A stretch of DNA of 64,000 nucleotides, taken from the IMG/VR virus record IMGVR_UViG_3300020214_001677; one strand, given 5' to 3'. Below, piece after piece: positions 1-9,610 of the stretch; position 1 is the first letter of the stretch; each line of letters starts with the position of its first letter. Source of the DNA: an uncultured virus (IMG/VR IMGVR_UViG_3300020214_001677). Its lineage: Duplodnaviria; Heunggongvirae; Uroviricota; Caudoviricetes. Position numbers and translations under genes: made by a program. The notes below the pieces were generated by a model. It made no database searches. It saw only the letters and a program-made list of their open reading frames with translations, and was not told the DNA's origin.

Positions 1-2
1 AA

Positions 3-209
3 GCGGTTTCTAAATGTGTTCAAGAAATTGTTTTGGAGACTGGTGATCTTTTGGTTATAGATAATAACAAAACCATACACGGTCGCAAACCATTTCAGCC
101 CAAGTATGATGGAACGGATAGGTGGGTACAAAGAATAATGGTAAGAAAAAAACTTCCACCAAAAGAACATATAGTTGGCCATGTAATAACAACCGATTTT
201 ATTGAGTAG
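3..209 (+). CDS. TauD/clavaminate-synthase-like 2OG-Fe(II) dioxygenase, C-terminal fragment (runs off window start)
   Basis: Frame from nt 3 reads ...GDLLVIDNNKTIHGRKPFQPKYDGTDRWVQR..., the distal His/Arg motif of CAS/AsnO-type enzymes; TAG at 207-209. Not in the ORF track. Confidence 0.8.
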   Translation, partial: AVSKCVQEIVLETGDLLVIDNNKTIHGRKPFQPKYDGTDRWVQRIMVRKKLPPKEHIVGHVITTDFIE

Positions 210-216
210 AGGAAAA

Positions 217-954
217 ATGGAATTATTAAATCATTCAAAGCAGGTGGCAGAGTTTCTAAAAATAGATTATAAAACATCTCTAGAAAGAATACAAAAAGGT
301 TTCCACTACAATCATGCAGAAGTAGCAAAAGACTTTCTAAATAAAAACGTAAATGTAAATAACCCCGTAGCTCTTTTAGACTGGTATAGAAATACAGATT
401 CATACATATGGGAGCTGTCTAGTTATCACTTAGAGCCAGGGTTTAACTATGGTGGAATGTGCGAAGGTATAGCTGTTGGATTAAAAAACTCAAATAAAAA
501 TAAAGTACTATCAGTTGGTGATGGTATAGGAACCTTGTCGATAAGATTAGCCGAAGAGGGACTAGAAACCACGTATAATGATTTGAGCGAAAGCAAAACG
601 GCCATTTTTGCCCAATATAGATTTAAAAATAGAAGTGATTTAAATATATCTATTTCGTTAACAAAGGACTTTAAGCCAACACTTGATCAAAATAAGTACG
701 ATGCTGTAGTGGCTTTAGATTTTTTTGAGCACGTAGTTAATGTAGATGAATGGGCAATAGCTGTTTTCAATTGCTTGACTTCTTCAGGAGTTTTTATAGC
801 ACAAAATGCATTTGGAATAGGCGATTTTGAGCATGGTAATTCAATACCTATGCATTTATCAATCAACAATAAATATGAAACCGAATGGCCAGATTTATTG
901 ACTTCAATAGGTTTTATTCTTCATGGGAACGGTCAATGGTGGGTAAAACCGTGA
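217..954 (+). CDS. Class I SAM-dependent methyltransferase
   Basis: VLSVGDGIG motif I and YDAVVALDFFEHV; ATG at 217 after GAGG. Confidence 0.8.
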   Translation: MELLNHSKQVAEFLKIDYKTSLERIQKGFHYNHAEVAKDFLNKNVNVNNPVALLDWYRNTDSYIWELSSYHLEPGFNYGGMCEGIAVGLKNSNKNKVLSVGDGIGTLSIRLAEEGLETTYNDLSESKTAIFAQYRFKNRSDLNISISLTKDFKPTLDQNKYDAVVALDFFEHVVNVDEWAIAVFNCLTSSGVFIAQNAFGIGDFEHGNSIPMHLSINNKYETEWPDLLTSIGFILHGNGQWWVKP

Positions 955-1811
955 GAATAGATTTCGGGGTTTCTAGCTACAATAATCCACTTAAATTAGA
1001 TAGGGCTATTCAAGCATTTAGGCAGAACAGCCATTCTGACTGGCGTCTTTTGGTTCTCGAAAATGCCTCGGAAGATCCAGCTACAATAAAAGTAGCAGAA
1101 AAACATAGATCAGAAGATTCAAGAGTAGTTATAAAGCAGCTTGATAAAAACGTTAGATACACTGGTGCCGTTAATCACATTCTTGATTGGGCAGAAACAA
1201 ATAATGTTGGCTACATAGATAACGATGCCTATATAGCAACTCCCGGATGGGATCTCAAGCTTGCTTCTTATTTAGAGTCAAATCATGAAGTTGCGATGGC
1301 ATTTCCAAACGGCGGTGCTTATCCAATACAGAGATCAAGATACATGGAAATTCTTTGGGGTGTCGGTTTTTGCTGGATTCTGAATAGACAACGCTATAAA
1401 GAAATTGGTGGATTTGATACTGAGATTGGTCACCAAGAAGAAGTTGATTTTCAAACTAGAATAAGATTGGGCGGCTGGAGAATAGTTGCTGATCCTAGTG
1501 TAATAGTCCACCACGATGCAACAAGCACCAGAAATCCAGAAGCTCAAGAGAGAATTAATCAAGGAGTAATTAACTGGGTGAACAAATGGAATAGATATTA
1601 TGTGGGTCCACATGTAAGTTACCATAGTCCAAATGTAACTAGATTTGAAGACTGGAATGCAATATACTTAGAGGAATGGTATCAACAACAGCCAGAACTA
1701 AAGGGTCTTAATGATAATCCAGAAACAATTTATGTCGCTGCTCTTGGTAGGGAAGTTGATTTAATAAAGGTTCCTAGATGGCAGCATCTATATAGGGGGA
1801 GAATTATATAA
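951..1811 (+). CDS. Glycosyltransferase family 2
   Basis: SSYN..., LVLENASED, YIDND (DxD), IGGFD, EEVDF; GTG start overlaps the upstream stop (GTGA). Confidence 0.85.
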   Translation: MRIDFGVSSYNNPLKLDRAIQAFRQNSHSDWRLLVLENASEDPATIKVAEKHRSEDSRVVIKQLDKNVRYTGAVNHILDWAETNNVGYIDNDAYIATPGWDLKLASYLESNHEVAMAFPNGGAYPIQRSRYMEILWGVGFCWILNRQRYKEIGGFDTEIGHQEEVDFQTRIRLGGWRIVADPSVIVHHDATSTRNPEAQERINQGVINWVNKWNRYYVGPHVSYHSPNVTRFEDWNAIYLEEWYQQQPELKGLNDNPETIYVAALGREVDLIKVPRWQHLYRGRII

Positions 1812-2348
1812 ATGAGATTGGAAACTATACCTAAAGGCGATGGCATTAAGGTTGTTATTGGCACTAGAACATACTTGGGTCCAGATTGGACCCATATAGA
1901 CATAGACCCAACACCTCTATACGATCATGCTAATGCTAAGTATGTTCCAGTAGATGTTGTTTGCGACGCAAGAAAAATAGACTTGCCCGATAATTATGCT
2001 GATATAGTCTATAACTCAGAATGCTTAGAGCATTTTCCTTGGAAAGAATATCAATCTGTGCTCGCAGAGTGGTGTAGAATAGTTAAACCTGGCGGCATGA
2101 TTAGAATAGAGGTGCCAGATTTTTTGTTGGCCTGTAATCAAATACTCAATTGGGACAGCCTTGAAGGCGATAGAAGAATGCAGCAAATATTTTTTGCCGA
2201 ACAGCTAAATCCTTTTGATTTTCATTTTGTTGGCTTGACACACAGAATGTTGGTAGATGATTTTAAGCAAATGGGATTTAATGTTATTGACGTTAAACGC
2301 GGTGACGAATGGGGATGGCTAAAAGTAGATGCGGTAAAACCAAATTAG
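1812..2348 (+). CDS. SAM-dependent methyltransferase (Methyltransf_11-like)
   Basis: DVVCDARKIDLPDNYADIVYNSECLEH and WCRIVKPGGMIRIEVPD. Confidence 0.8.
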   Translation: MRLETIPKGDGIKVVIGTRTYLGPDWTHIDIDPTPLYDHANAKYVPVDVVCDARKIDLPDNYADIVYNSECLEHFPWKEYQSVLAEWCRIVKPGGMIRIEVPDFLLACNQILNWDSLEGDRRMQQIFFAEQLNPFDFHFVGLTHRMLVDDFKQMGFNVIDVKRGDEWGWLKVDAVKPN

Positions 2349-2351
2349 TAT

Positions 2352-2813
2352 ATGAATTGGCATCACGTAGCTCATATTATTAGAGATATTTTTCCTAGTC
2401 AATCTCCAATAGTTTACTATGGAAAAGATTTTTCTATATTAAATCATTTTCGTTCCACAGAACATGGTTTAGAGACCCTTTGTTTAACTTCTGAAGTAGA
2501 ACAAATAGATTCTAAACTCAATAATGTTTATTATTGGAATTCTGGAATAAATTTTCCTGTTTTTGGTAAAGGTTTTTGTAATTTATTTATTTCTATAAAC
2601 TACAATATTGATAAAACTGAATATGAACAAATAGAAATCGTTAAACAATTAAAGTTTATGGTAAATAAAGGCTCAAAAATTTTAGTATGTAATCCAGGAT
2701 CATGGGCTAATCTTTTCGATTATTGTCTTAAGCAAGATTTAGATCTACAAAAAGAAATAAAAAGATTTTCAATTTTTAAAAATGAAAATATAAAAATATA
2801 TGAAAACGTTTGA
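2352..2813 (+). CDS. Hypothetical protein
   Basis: 153-aa ORF tightly packed in the operon. Confidence 0.6.
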   Translation: MNWHHVAHIIRDIFPSQSPIVYYGKDFSILNHFRSTEHGLETLCLTSEVEQIDSKLNNVYYWNSGINFPVFGKGFCNLFISINYNIDKTEYEQIEIVKQLKFMVNKGSKILVCNPGSWANLFDYCLKQDLDLQKEIKRFSIFKNENIKIYENV

Positions 2814-3528
2814 TTGTTTTACTTTCTTTAATGAAAAAGAAATCCTAAAAATTAGATTAAAAGAAATGAACAATTATGTAGATTTTTTTGTCATTATTGA
2901 ATCATCGCAGACTTTTACTGGAAAGGAAAAACCTTTTTATCTCGACACAATGCTTGATTCCATAAGTGAGTATTCCGATAAGATAATTCGCGTAAAAATT
3001 TCTTTTCCAAATCAACACATGACCTCTTGGGAAAGAGAACACTTTCAAAGAAATCAAATACTATTAGGTCTTAAGATGGCTAATGCTCAGGCTTCTGATA
3101 GGGTAATCATTTCTGATGTAGACGAAATAATAAGTTCAAAATTTTTATCTAAAAAATATCAGCCTAAAAATCCAGTAAGATTAGATGTGATTCAATATTT
3201 TTGGAATTTTAATTGGCAGGTTCCAGAACATTGTAACCAAGGATCTAGACCAGTCCTTTGCTTGTATGATCATCTATCTGTAAACACACCTCAAGAGTTA
3301 AGAGAAATGGAATTAAACTCCATAAAAAATTGCGGATGGCATTTTTCGTTTTTCCTAAGTGCAGATAACACAAAAGAAAAAATAGAATCTTTTTCACATA
3401 CTGAATACGATATCGAAAAATTTAAAACAGCTTCTAATATTTTATTTAGAATGACAAACGGCATAGATCCATTTGATAGGTTTCCGCTAAAATATACAGA
3501 AATTGATAATTCACTCCCCTCTTTGTAG
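2800..3528 (+). CDS. Glycosyltransferase family 17 (beta-1,4-GlcNAc transferase-like)
   Basis: DCFTFFNEKEILKIRL, FTGKEKP, REHFQRN, ISDVDEI and GWHFS motifs. Confidence 0.85.
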   Translation: MKTFDCFTFFNEKEILKIRLKEMNNYVDFFVIIESSQTFTGKEKPFYLDTMLDSISEYSDKIIRVKISFPNQHMTSWEREHFQRNQILLGLKMANAQASDRVIISDVDEIISSKFLSKKYQPKNPVRLDVIQYFWNFNWQVPEHCNQGSRPVLCLYDHLSVNTPQELREMELNSIKNCGWHFSFFLSADNTKEKIESFSHTEYDIEKFKTASNILFRMTNGIDPFDRFPLKYTEIDNSLPSL

Positions 3529-3580
3529 TTAAGTTAAGTTACTATTAGCCTAGCCTAACTATACCGGGGGGTGCGGCTAG

Positions 3581-6500
3581 ATGCCAAGACTATTTTTGCG
3601 CAATAGATGGCTTGCGTTCCTGCCTGCATTTGTCTGGTTTATAACGCTTATTCCAGCTACAACGGTCAAGGCGACAACTGACTGCAACACCGCCTACTCT
3701 GCTTCCAACTTCGTATTTGGCGGAGTCGGGCAGGACAACGCTGGCACTGTTCGCCTGACACCAGCGACGAACAGCCAGTTCGGTGCCATCTGGAACAAGA
3801 CCCGCATCAACCTGGCCAACGACTTCTGCGTCACGGCGGAGGTGTACCTGGGGAACTACGACCCTGGCGCCGACGGTATCGCCTTCGTGATGCAGCCGAA
3901 CTCGACGGCGGCAGGGGGCTCTGGCGGCGGCCTCGGCTACCAGTACGTGACCCCGTCCTTCGTCGTGGAGTACGACACCTACTGGAATAGTGATGCTGCG
4001 GACCTGTACAACGACCACGTCGGGCTGATGAAGAACGGAAGTACCTACCACAGCGCCGCCTCGCAGTGGGGTCAGAATCCTGTCGACGTCGGCAACATCG
4101 AAGACGGCCAGTGGCGCAAGACGAAAATTTTGTGGGAGTCAACGACCGACAAGGTCTCGGTCTGGCTCGACAAGAACTATGACGGCGACATGGACGACGC
4201 AGGCGAGAAGTTGTTCGATGCCGTCTCGGCCAACCTCGAAGCCAACTTCAGCGGGGAGGTCTACTGGGGTTTCACTGCCGCGACTGGTGGGATGAACAAC
4301 CTGCAGCAGGTGAGGAACATCACCTACACGACCGTGGCTCGCGTGAACACGCCGCCGACGGTAACCACCGCACCAACCATTGCGGCTTCAATCATTCGCA
4401 ATGTCGCTACGACCGCCTCGTTTGTTTTGGCTGATGACGCGACCACGCAGGCACAGTGGACATTCACGAAGGCATCCACCAACCAAACCGTGGTTCCGCT
4501 CGGCTCGATATCGGCATCGATGTCGAGCGCGACCGCTGGAACTATCACAATAACTGCGGCAACGGCAGGTACATCAAATGTGACGGTAAACGCGGTTGAT
4601 GCTGACGGTGCCTCGGTCGCAATGACCCTCACCGTAACGGCGACCGCTCCATCAGTCGAGGTGACCAGCCTTTCTGACGACGGCTCAAGCGGAACGTTGC
4701 GCTGGGCGATTACTCAAGCAAACGCAACCTCTGGCGGTATTTACGATTCAATTATTTTTGGCATTCAGGGGACGATAACGCTGACGAGCGACCTTCCCGC
4801 CATCACGCAAGACTTGGTGATTACGGGTACGGGAATTGGTACCACGATTATTGACGGTAACAATCTCTACAGGGTCATCACGAACAGCGGAAGCCGAACA
4901 ATCATCATTGAGGACATGACCCTCAAGCGAGGGAAGAACGCGGCGGGCGGTCTGGTCAACACGAACGGCGGAACCTTCACCGTTGACACGGTAAAATTCA
5001 GCGAGCAAACGGGCAACTCCGCCTGGTATCAGTCGAACGCGACCGTCACGACGTTCGAGGACTGCGTGTTCGCCAACAATTACGTCGGCATCGGTTCTGA
5101 CTACGGTTCCACCCCGTCGTCGCTCAGCATGACGGATGCCGACTACACCAACCGAATCTACATAAACGACGGTGTTTTCACGGACAACACCACGGGAATC
5201 AGTACCGAGAGGTTCGTGAAGATAAGCAACTCGACTTTCACCAACAACACCACCGCCGCTTCGCTGAGGGGTCTGAACAGGCAACAGGTTCTGACCTCGT
5301 CCTTCTCGGGCGGAACGCTGGGTCTTTACTTTTATTCGTGGATACCAACCAGTTGGACGCCTGGCGCGAACAACCAGTACATCTACAGCAACTCCTTCAA
5401 CGGAATCGCCACCGCAATACAGTTCGCGAATTCGTGGAACAACGGAGCGACCACCTACAACGGCGTGAGTTCCAACTCGTTCTCCACCTCGTCTGGCAAC
5501 ACCTTTGGCGCGACCACGTTGAACACTACAAACTTCTCGGGGTCGGGATATGTCTCCACGAACGATGTGATTACGGTTCCTACTACCACTACTACTACCA
5601 CTACTACCACTACTACCACGACTACGACTACGACGACCACTACGGTTCCGCCGACAACGACGACCACAACTACGATTCCGCCGACAACAACCACGACTAC
5701 TACAACAACGACAACTACAACAACCGTTTACGTTCCGCCCGCAACAACAACTACCACAACTGTCTATGTTCCGCCAGAGACAACTACCACTACAACTGTC
5801 TACGTTCCGCCCGCAACAACAACAACTGTTCCGGAAACCACTACAACAACTGTTCCGGAAACCACTACAACTACTGTTCCAGAAACAACCACAACAACAA
5901 CTCTTCCTGAACCAGAAGAAACTACTACTACTACAGTTCCAAAAACTACTATTCCTGAGGAGAAAAAGGAACCTCAGCCTGAGGAGCCTGAAACAACTTC
6001 GACGACTCTTCCTGATGAGCCAGAGCAATCCCCAGAAGAAGAACAGCAGCAAGAAGAAACAGACCAAGAAGAATCCACACAAGAAGAAACAGAATCATCA
6101 CAAGATGAAGTAGTAATAGAAAAAGACGCAACAGCTGAAGAAATTTTGGACGCAATAGACGAAGCTGGTCCAGAAGAGCTTGCGGAAATAATGGAACAAG
6201 TTGAACCGGACAAATTGGCTGAAGTTTTAGAAGAACTTTCGGAAGAAAAAACAACAGAACTTATTGAGTCAGTTAAAAGCACTGAGGGTCTAAGCAATGT
6301 TATTGAGGCGTTGACTAAAAAAGATGATGAACCTATAGCCGCAGCTGTAGCCGTAGCTATTATTTTAAATGAAAACTTTGATAATGTTTCTACAGAAACT
6401 GCTCAAGAAGTATTCGCTGCTATAGAGCCAGAGCTTTTTACTGAAGAACAAAAGTCTGAATTGTCTGAGGCTTTGACCGAAGCACCGGAAGAAATTAAAG

Positions 6501-7069
6501 AAGCTTTTGAAGAAGAAATTAATATATACGAAGAAGGCTTTGATGAATATGTGCCAACGGGCTCTAGCATAGACGTAGGGGATCGTAGAACGATCATAGC
6601 GGCCGCTACCGTAATATCCACAATAGGTACCGCAGCAGCTTCTACAGGGGCTCCTGGAGGCCCTAGGAGCCCTTCTGGCGGGTCTTCAGGGGGTGGGGGT
6701 AGTCCTGGTGGGGGTCAAGCTTCTGGAGGCTCTGGAGACGCTGCCAGAAGGGAGGAAGAACTAGAAGAAGAAGAGGAAGAGGGCGGTGGAATAGAAGGCC
6801 CAGAAGGCGACGAAGAAGATATTGTTTTGACAAGAAACAGTATATTTAATTACTATACAGAAGGGGGTATAGAAATGAAAAAAATGAATTGGTTTGGTTT
6901 GGGCAAAAAGGTTTGGGAGACCACAGCTGGACTAGCTTTCACATTGGCTGGTAGCTTTGTAATGTTTGTTACATTGTCTGGCGAGACAAGAAAGATGGCT
7001 ATCATCGCCACGGTTGTAGCCCTAGGTGTTCATTACATTCATGAAGTATTAAAAAACGACAGTGAGTAA
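3581..7069 (+). CDS. Large membrane-anchored surface protein: signal peptide, L-type (legume) lectin domain, Ig-like segment, beta-helix domain, Thr/Pro-rich stalk, acidic region, two C-terminal TM helices
   Basis: Lectin motifs GADGIAFVMQP, VVEYDTY and VYWGFTAATGG; GTLRWAITQANA start of a beta-helix domain; poly-Thr tract; hydrophobic C-terminus. Confidence 0.8.
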   Translation: MPRLFLRNRWLAFLPAFVWFITLIPATTVKATTDCNTAYSASNFVFGGVGQDNAGTVRLTPATNSQFGAIWNKTRINLANDFCVTAEVYLGNYDPGADGIAFVMQPNSTAAGGSGGGLGYQYVTPSFVVEYDTYWNSDAADLYNDHVGLMKNGSTYHSAASQWGQNPVDVGNIEDGQWRKTKILWESTTDKVSVWLDKNYDGDMDDAGEKLFDAVSANLEANFSGEVYWGFTAATGGMNNLQQVRNITYTTVARVNTPPTVTTAPTIAASIIRNVATTASFVLADDATTQAQWTFTKASTNQTVVPLGSISASMSSATAGTITITAATAGTSNVTVNAVDADGASVAMTLTVTATAPSVEVTSLSDDGSSGTLRWAITQANATSGGIYDSIIFGIQGTITLTSDLPAITQDLVITGTGIGTTIIDGNNLYRVITNSGSRTIIIEDMTLKRGKNAAGGLVNTNGGTFTVDTVKFSEQTGNSAWYQSNATVTTFEDCVFANNYVGIGSDYGSTPSSLSMTDADYTNRIYINDGVFTDNTTGISTERFVKISNSTFTNNTTAASLRGLNRQQVLTSSFSGGTLGLYFYSWIPTSWTPGANNQYIYSNSFNGIATAIQFANSWNNGATTYNGVSSNSFSTSSGNTFGATTLNTTNFSGSGYVSTNDVITVPTTTTTTTTTTTTTTTTTTTTTVPPTTTTTTTIPPTTTTTTTTTTTTTTVYVPPATTTTTTVYVPPETTTTTTVYVPPATTTTVPETTTTTVPETTTTTVPETTTTTTLPEPEETTTTTVPKTTIPEEKKEPQPEEPETTSTTLPDEPEQSPEEEQQQEETDQEESTQEETESSQDEVVIEKDATAEEILDAIDEAGPEELAEIMEQVEPDKLAEVLEELSEEKTTELIESVKSTEGLSNVIEALTKKDDEPIAAAVAVAIILNENFDNVSTETAQEVFAAIEPELFTEEQKSELSEALTEAPEEIKEAFEEEINIYEEGFDEYVPTGSSIDVGDRRTIIAAATVISTIGTAAASTGAPGGPRSPSGGSSGGGGSPGGGQASGGSGDAARREEELEEEEEEGGGIEGPEGDEEDIVLTRNSIFNYYTEGGIEMKKMNWFGLGKKVWETTAGLAFTLAGSFVMFVTLSGETRKMAIIATVVALGVHYIHEVLKNDSE
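5572..5955 (+). repeat. Coding tandem repeats (ACN runs; VPPTTTT / YVPPATTTT / VPETTTTT units)
   Basis: Runs of act/acc/acg/aca codons with repeated gttccg(g/c). Confidence 0.9.
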
Positions 7070-7229
7070 AATATTGTTTCGTAGTAAAAATGATGATAAG
7101 ATTAATGAAATTAAATCATCTTTAGAAAGTTTCTTAACAGAAATATCATCTACTGAGAGACAACTATTTTCTTATGAAGAAGTAGAAAACATTTTATTAG
7201 ATATATATAGTTTAACTACAAAGAATTAA
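7062..7229 (+). CDS. Small hypothetical protein (55 aa)
   Basis: GTG start overlapping the end of the upstream gene; open to TAA at 7229. Confidence 0.45.
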   Translation: MSKILFRSKNDDKINEIKSSLESFLTEISSTERQLFSYEEVENILLDIYSLTTKN

Positions 7230-7461
7230 TTTATGGAACTAAATATATACGATTCAGAAAAGCCGCAAGAATATATTTACGATCCAGAACTAAATAATAA
7301 ATGGTATTGGGAGGAAAAAGATGTTTAAAAAATGCTGTAGCCATAGAAAAAAGTGTCTTGTAAGTGCAATTGCTACGAAAGGTTAACTCACAACTGTGAG
7401 CAAAAGAAAAAGGGATTTTGGTCTAGATTTTTTGGCTAATATTCTGATATAATTATTTTAG

Positions 7462-8199
7462 ATGAAAACAGTTAGCATAATTACTTCCTCTACAGGAGCA
7501 AATGAACTGCATAGGGCTTGTGAGTCTGTCTTAAATCAAGATTATTTTGATGTTAATTATGTGATTGTTTCAGACGGTCCAAAATTTCATTCGAAAGTAA
7601 AAAAACAAATCAAAGAATTTAAAGATAGGTTATTGTTATTTAATCTACCAGAAAATACTGGAGCTAATGGAATAGGCGGCTACAGGGTATACGCAGCTTT
7701 TTCTTTTTTAGTTAACTCAGATTACATTTGTTTCTTGGATGAAGATAATTGGTTAGATAGCAATCATATTTCTTCTCTTGTTGAAACAATGCAATCGGAT
7801 ACAAAATTAGATTGGTGCTATTCGTTGAGAAAAGTTTATACCAAAGATGAAGAATATTTGTTTAATGATGATTGTGAATCATTGGGTAGGTGGCCAGTTT
7901 GGAATTCTCAAAACAATTATCACGTTGACATAGGTGCCTACTTTTTTAAAACAGAATTTGTAAGATCTTTTATAAGTGTTTTGAATAAACCCATAATAGG
8001 AGACAGAGTATTGTTGGCTCACCTACTTAGATATAGTGCCGACAATTTTAAGTGCTCTGGCAAATATACTCTTAACTATAGGCTTGGTGGTAATCCTAAT
8101 TCCGTTTCAAAAGAATTTTTTGTTACTGGAAATGAAAAAATGAAAGAAGTTTATCCAGAAAAATTTCCCTGGATTGATTACTCTTCTGAGTTGTCTTGA
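7462..8199 (+). CDS. Glycosyltransferase family 2
   Basis: VSIIT, SVLNQ, IVSDG, ICFLDEDN. Confidence 0.85.
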   Translation: MKTVSIITSSTGANELHRACESVLNQDYFDVNYVIVSDGPKFHSKVKKQIKEFKDRLLLFNLPENTGANGIGGYRVYAAFSFLVNSDYICFLDEDNWLDSNHISSLVETMQSDTKLDWCYSLRKVYTKDEEYLFNDDCESLGRWPVWNSQNNYHVDIGAYFFKTEFVRSFISVLNKPIIGDRVLLAHLLRYSADNFKCSGKYTLNYRLGGNPNSVSKEFFVTGNEKMKEVYPEKFPWIDYSSELS

Positions 8200-8453
8200 T
8201 TTTCTTCTTTGTTTCTTCCAGTTGATATCATTAAGCCAGCTAATGTTCCAGTGATGAATGTGGCAACGCTTGAGAGCACGCTAAAAAACATTTTATCATT
8301 CTCTGATTGAACACCTATAGGTTGAGTAACAAATACTAATGCATACAGTACTCCAGCAGTTGTCATTGCCAGCACTCCAGCAAGAACGCAACCAACTACA
8401 AATTTTAAACGCGCATCAAGTTCTTCTGGACTAAACTTTTTCTTATTCCTCAT
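8178..8453 (-). CDS. Two-TM membrane protein
   Basis: Two hydrophobic helices; ATG at 8453 (MRNKKKF). Confidence 0.65.
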   Translation of the reverse strand: MRNKKKFSPEELDARLKFVVGCVLAGVLAMTTAGVLYALVFVTQPIGVQSENDKMFFSVLSSVATFITGTLAGLMISTGRNKEENQDNSEE

Positions 8454-8637
8454 CTGTTTCTTCTTCCCAATCAAATCCAATAAGATCCTTTGAACACGCA
8501 CCATCAACTTTGCACATCGGCGGATTGCACTCTTTATTTTCCCAGTTTATGGGATCTTGACATGAGTAGCGATAACTTCCATCGTATCCACATCCAGATA
8601 AAAGCAAAATAGCCACCGCTACTATCGCTTTTTTCAT
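8443..8637 (-). CDS. Small lipoprotein
   Basis: Lipobox LLLSGC after a hydrophobic stretch; Cys-rich mature part. Confidence 0.7.
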   Translation of the reverse strand: MKKAIVAVAILLLSGCGYDGSYRYSCQDPINWENKECNPPMCKVDGACSKDLIGFDWEEETDEE

Positions 8638-8891
8638 TCTGCATCAGCGACTTTCTTTGCCTTCTTGTCCACCTTGTTGAAAACTTCATTGATTTCTTTG
8701 GCACTCAGTTTGCCATCGTCTAGAAATGCACGTGACAATCCCTCTACGACCGTGGCCACACCCGCTATGCCAGCCATAAATACAGCCTTCCAAATTGGCA
8801 CCCCAGCTATCGTGCCCGCACCAATCACACCCAAACCTGATGCGGCGAAGGTTGCAACCATTCTAAGTAGTATGTTCTTTAATTGTTCCAT
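8634..8891 (-). CDS. Holin-like small membrane protein
   Basis: Two TM segments and a charged C-terminus. Confidence 0.5.
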   Translation of the reverse strand: MEQLKNILLRMVATFAASGLGVIGAGTIAGVPIWKAVFMAGIAGVATVVEGLSRAFLDDGKLSAKEINEVFNKVDKKAKKVADAE

Positions 8892-8933
8892 TATTACTCC
8901 TGACTAATAATCAAGAGTATAGTAACTAATTAA

Positions 8934-9104
8934 TTATAAACCCGCCCTGTTATCGGGGTCAGTTTTTTTAGCGTCATATTTGGCTAATACTTTTTCCCAT
9001 TTGGCGATTTCTTTATCGGCTTTTAAAATTTCTTTCTTTATTTTTTTAAGTTCTTTTAACTCTTCTGTCAGTTTTTTTATGGCTTCATCAATATTAAAAT
9101 CCAT
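8934..9104 (-). CDS. Small coiled-coil protein (56 aa)
   Basis: MDFNIDEAIKKLTEELKELKK...; AGGAG Shine-Dalgarno upstream. Confidence 0.6.
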   Translation of the reverse strand: MDFNIDEAIKKLTEELKELKKIKKEILKADKEIAKWEKVLAKYDAKKTDPDNRAGL

Positions 9105-9112
9105 ATATTCTC

Positions 9113-9610
9113 CTATTTTAATCCGGTTATTTCACATGATCTATTTAAAACTTTACCTTCTTCAGTAGTGGGATCTACGCCAGCGTATGGGGAGTCGTCG
9201 GCTATGGCTTCAGACTTTATTTTTTCAAAATCTACTCCCAACTTCATCAAATTAAATTCAAGAGCCTTTGCTCTTTTTTGCGAAAGCTGTTCTCTGTTGG
9301 TTCTTTGCCCATCTCCAGAAGATCTACAAATCAGTTTAAGATTAGTATAGAATCCGGAGTTAACTCTATCTACATATGTGTCAATGCAAATTGTTTGCTC
9401 CATCAAAAATTTGTCGGAGTCTTTTATAAAAAGAACTAGACATGGAGATTCATCAATCTTTACTGATGTAGTTGTCGTTTCAACAATTGTTGTTTCGACT
9501 ACCTCTTCGACTATTTCTTGCGACTCTGGCCAAAATATATAAGCCAAAATGCCCAAGGCTACTAGCGCAGTTGCGAATCTAGCAACTATTTTTCTTAATT
9601 TGTCATTCAT
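9113..9610 (-). CDS. N-terminally anchored OmpA/MotB-like peptidoglycan-binding protein
   Basis: NREQLSQKRAKAL...LGV...I...P...TEEGKVLNRSCEI matches the OmpA-C signature. Confidence 0.7.
   Translation of the reverse strand: MNDKLRKIVARFATALVALGILAYIFWPESQEIVEEVVETTIVETTTTSVKIDESPCLVLFIKDSDKFLMEQTICIDTYVDRVNSGFYTNLKLICRSSGDGQRTNREQLSQKRAKALEFNLMKLGVDFEKIKSEAIADDSPYAGVDPTTEEGKVLNRSCEITGLK

Noticed and set aside
4748..6297. Long antisense and alternative-frame ORFs (e.g. 4748..6082, 5338..5910)
   Set aside because: Shadows of the GC-rich and Thr-repeat coding sequence of 3581..7069.
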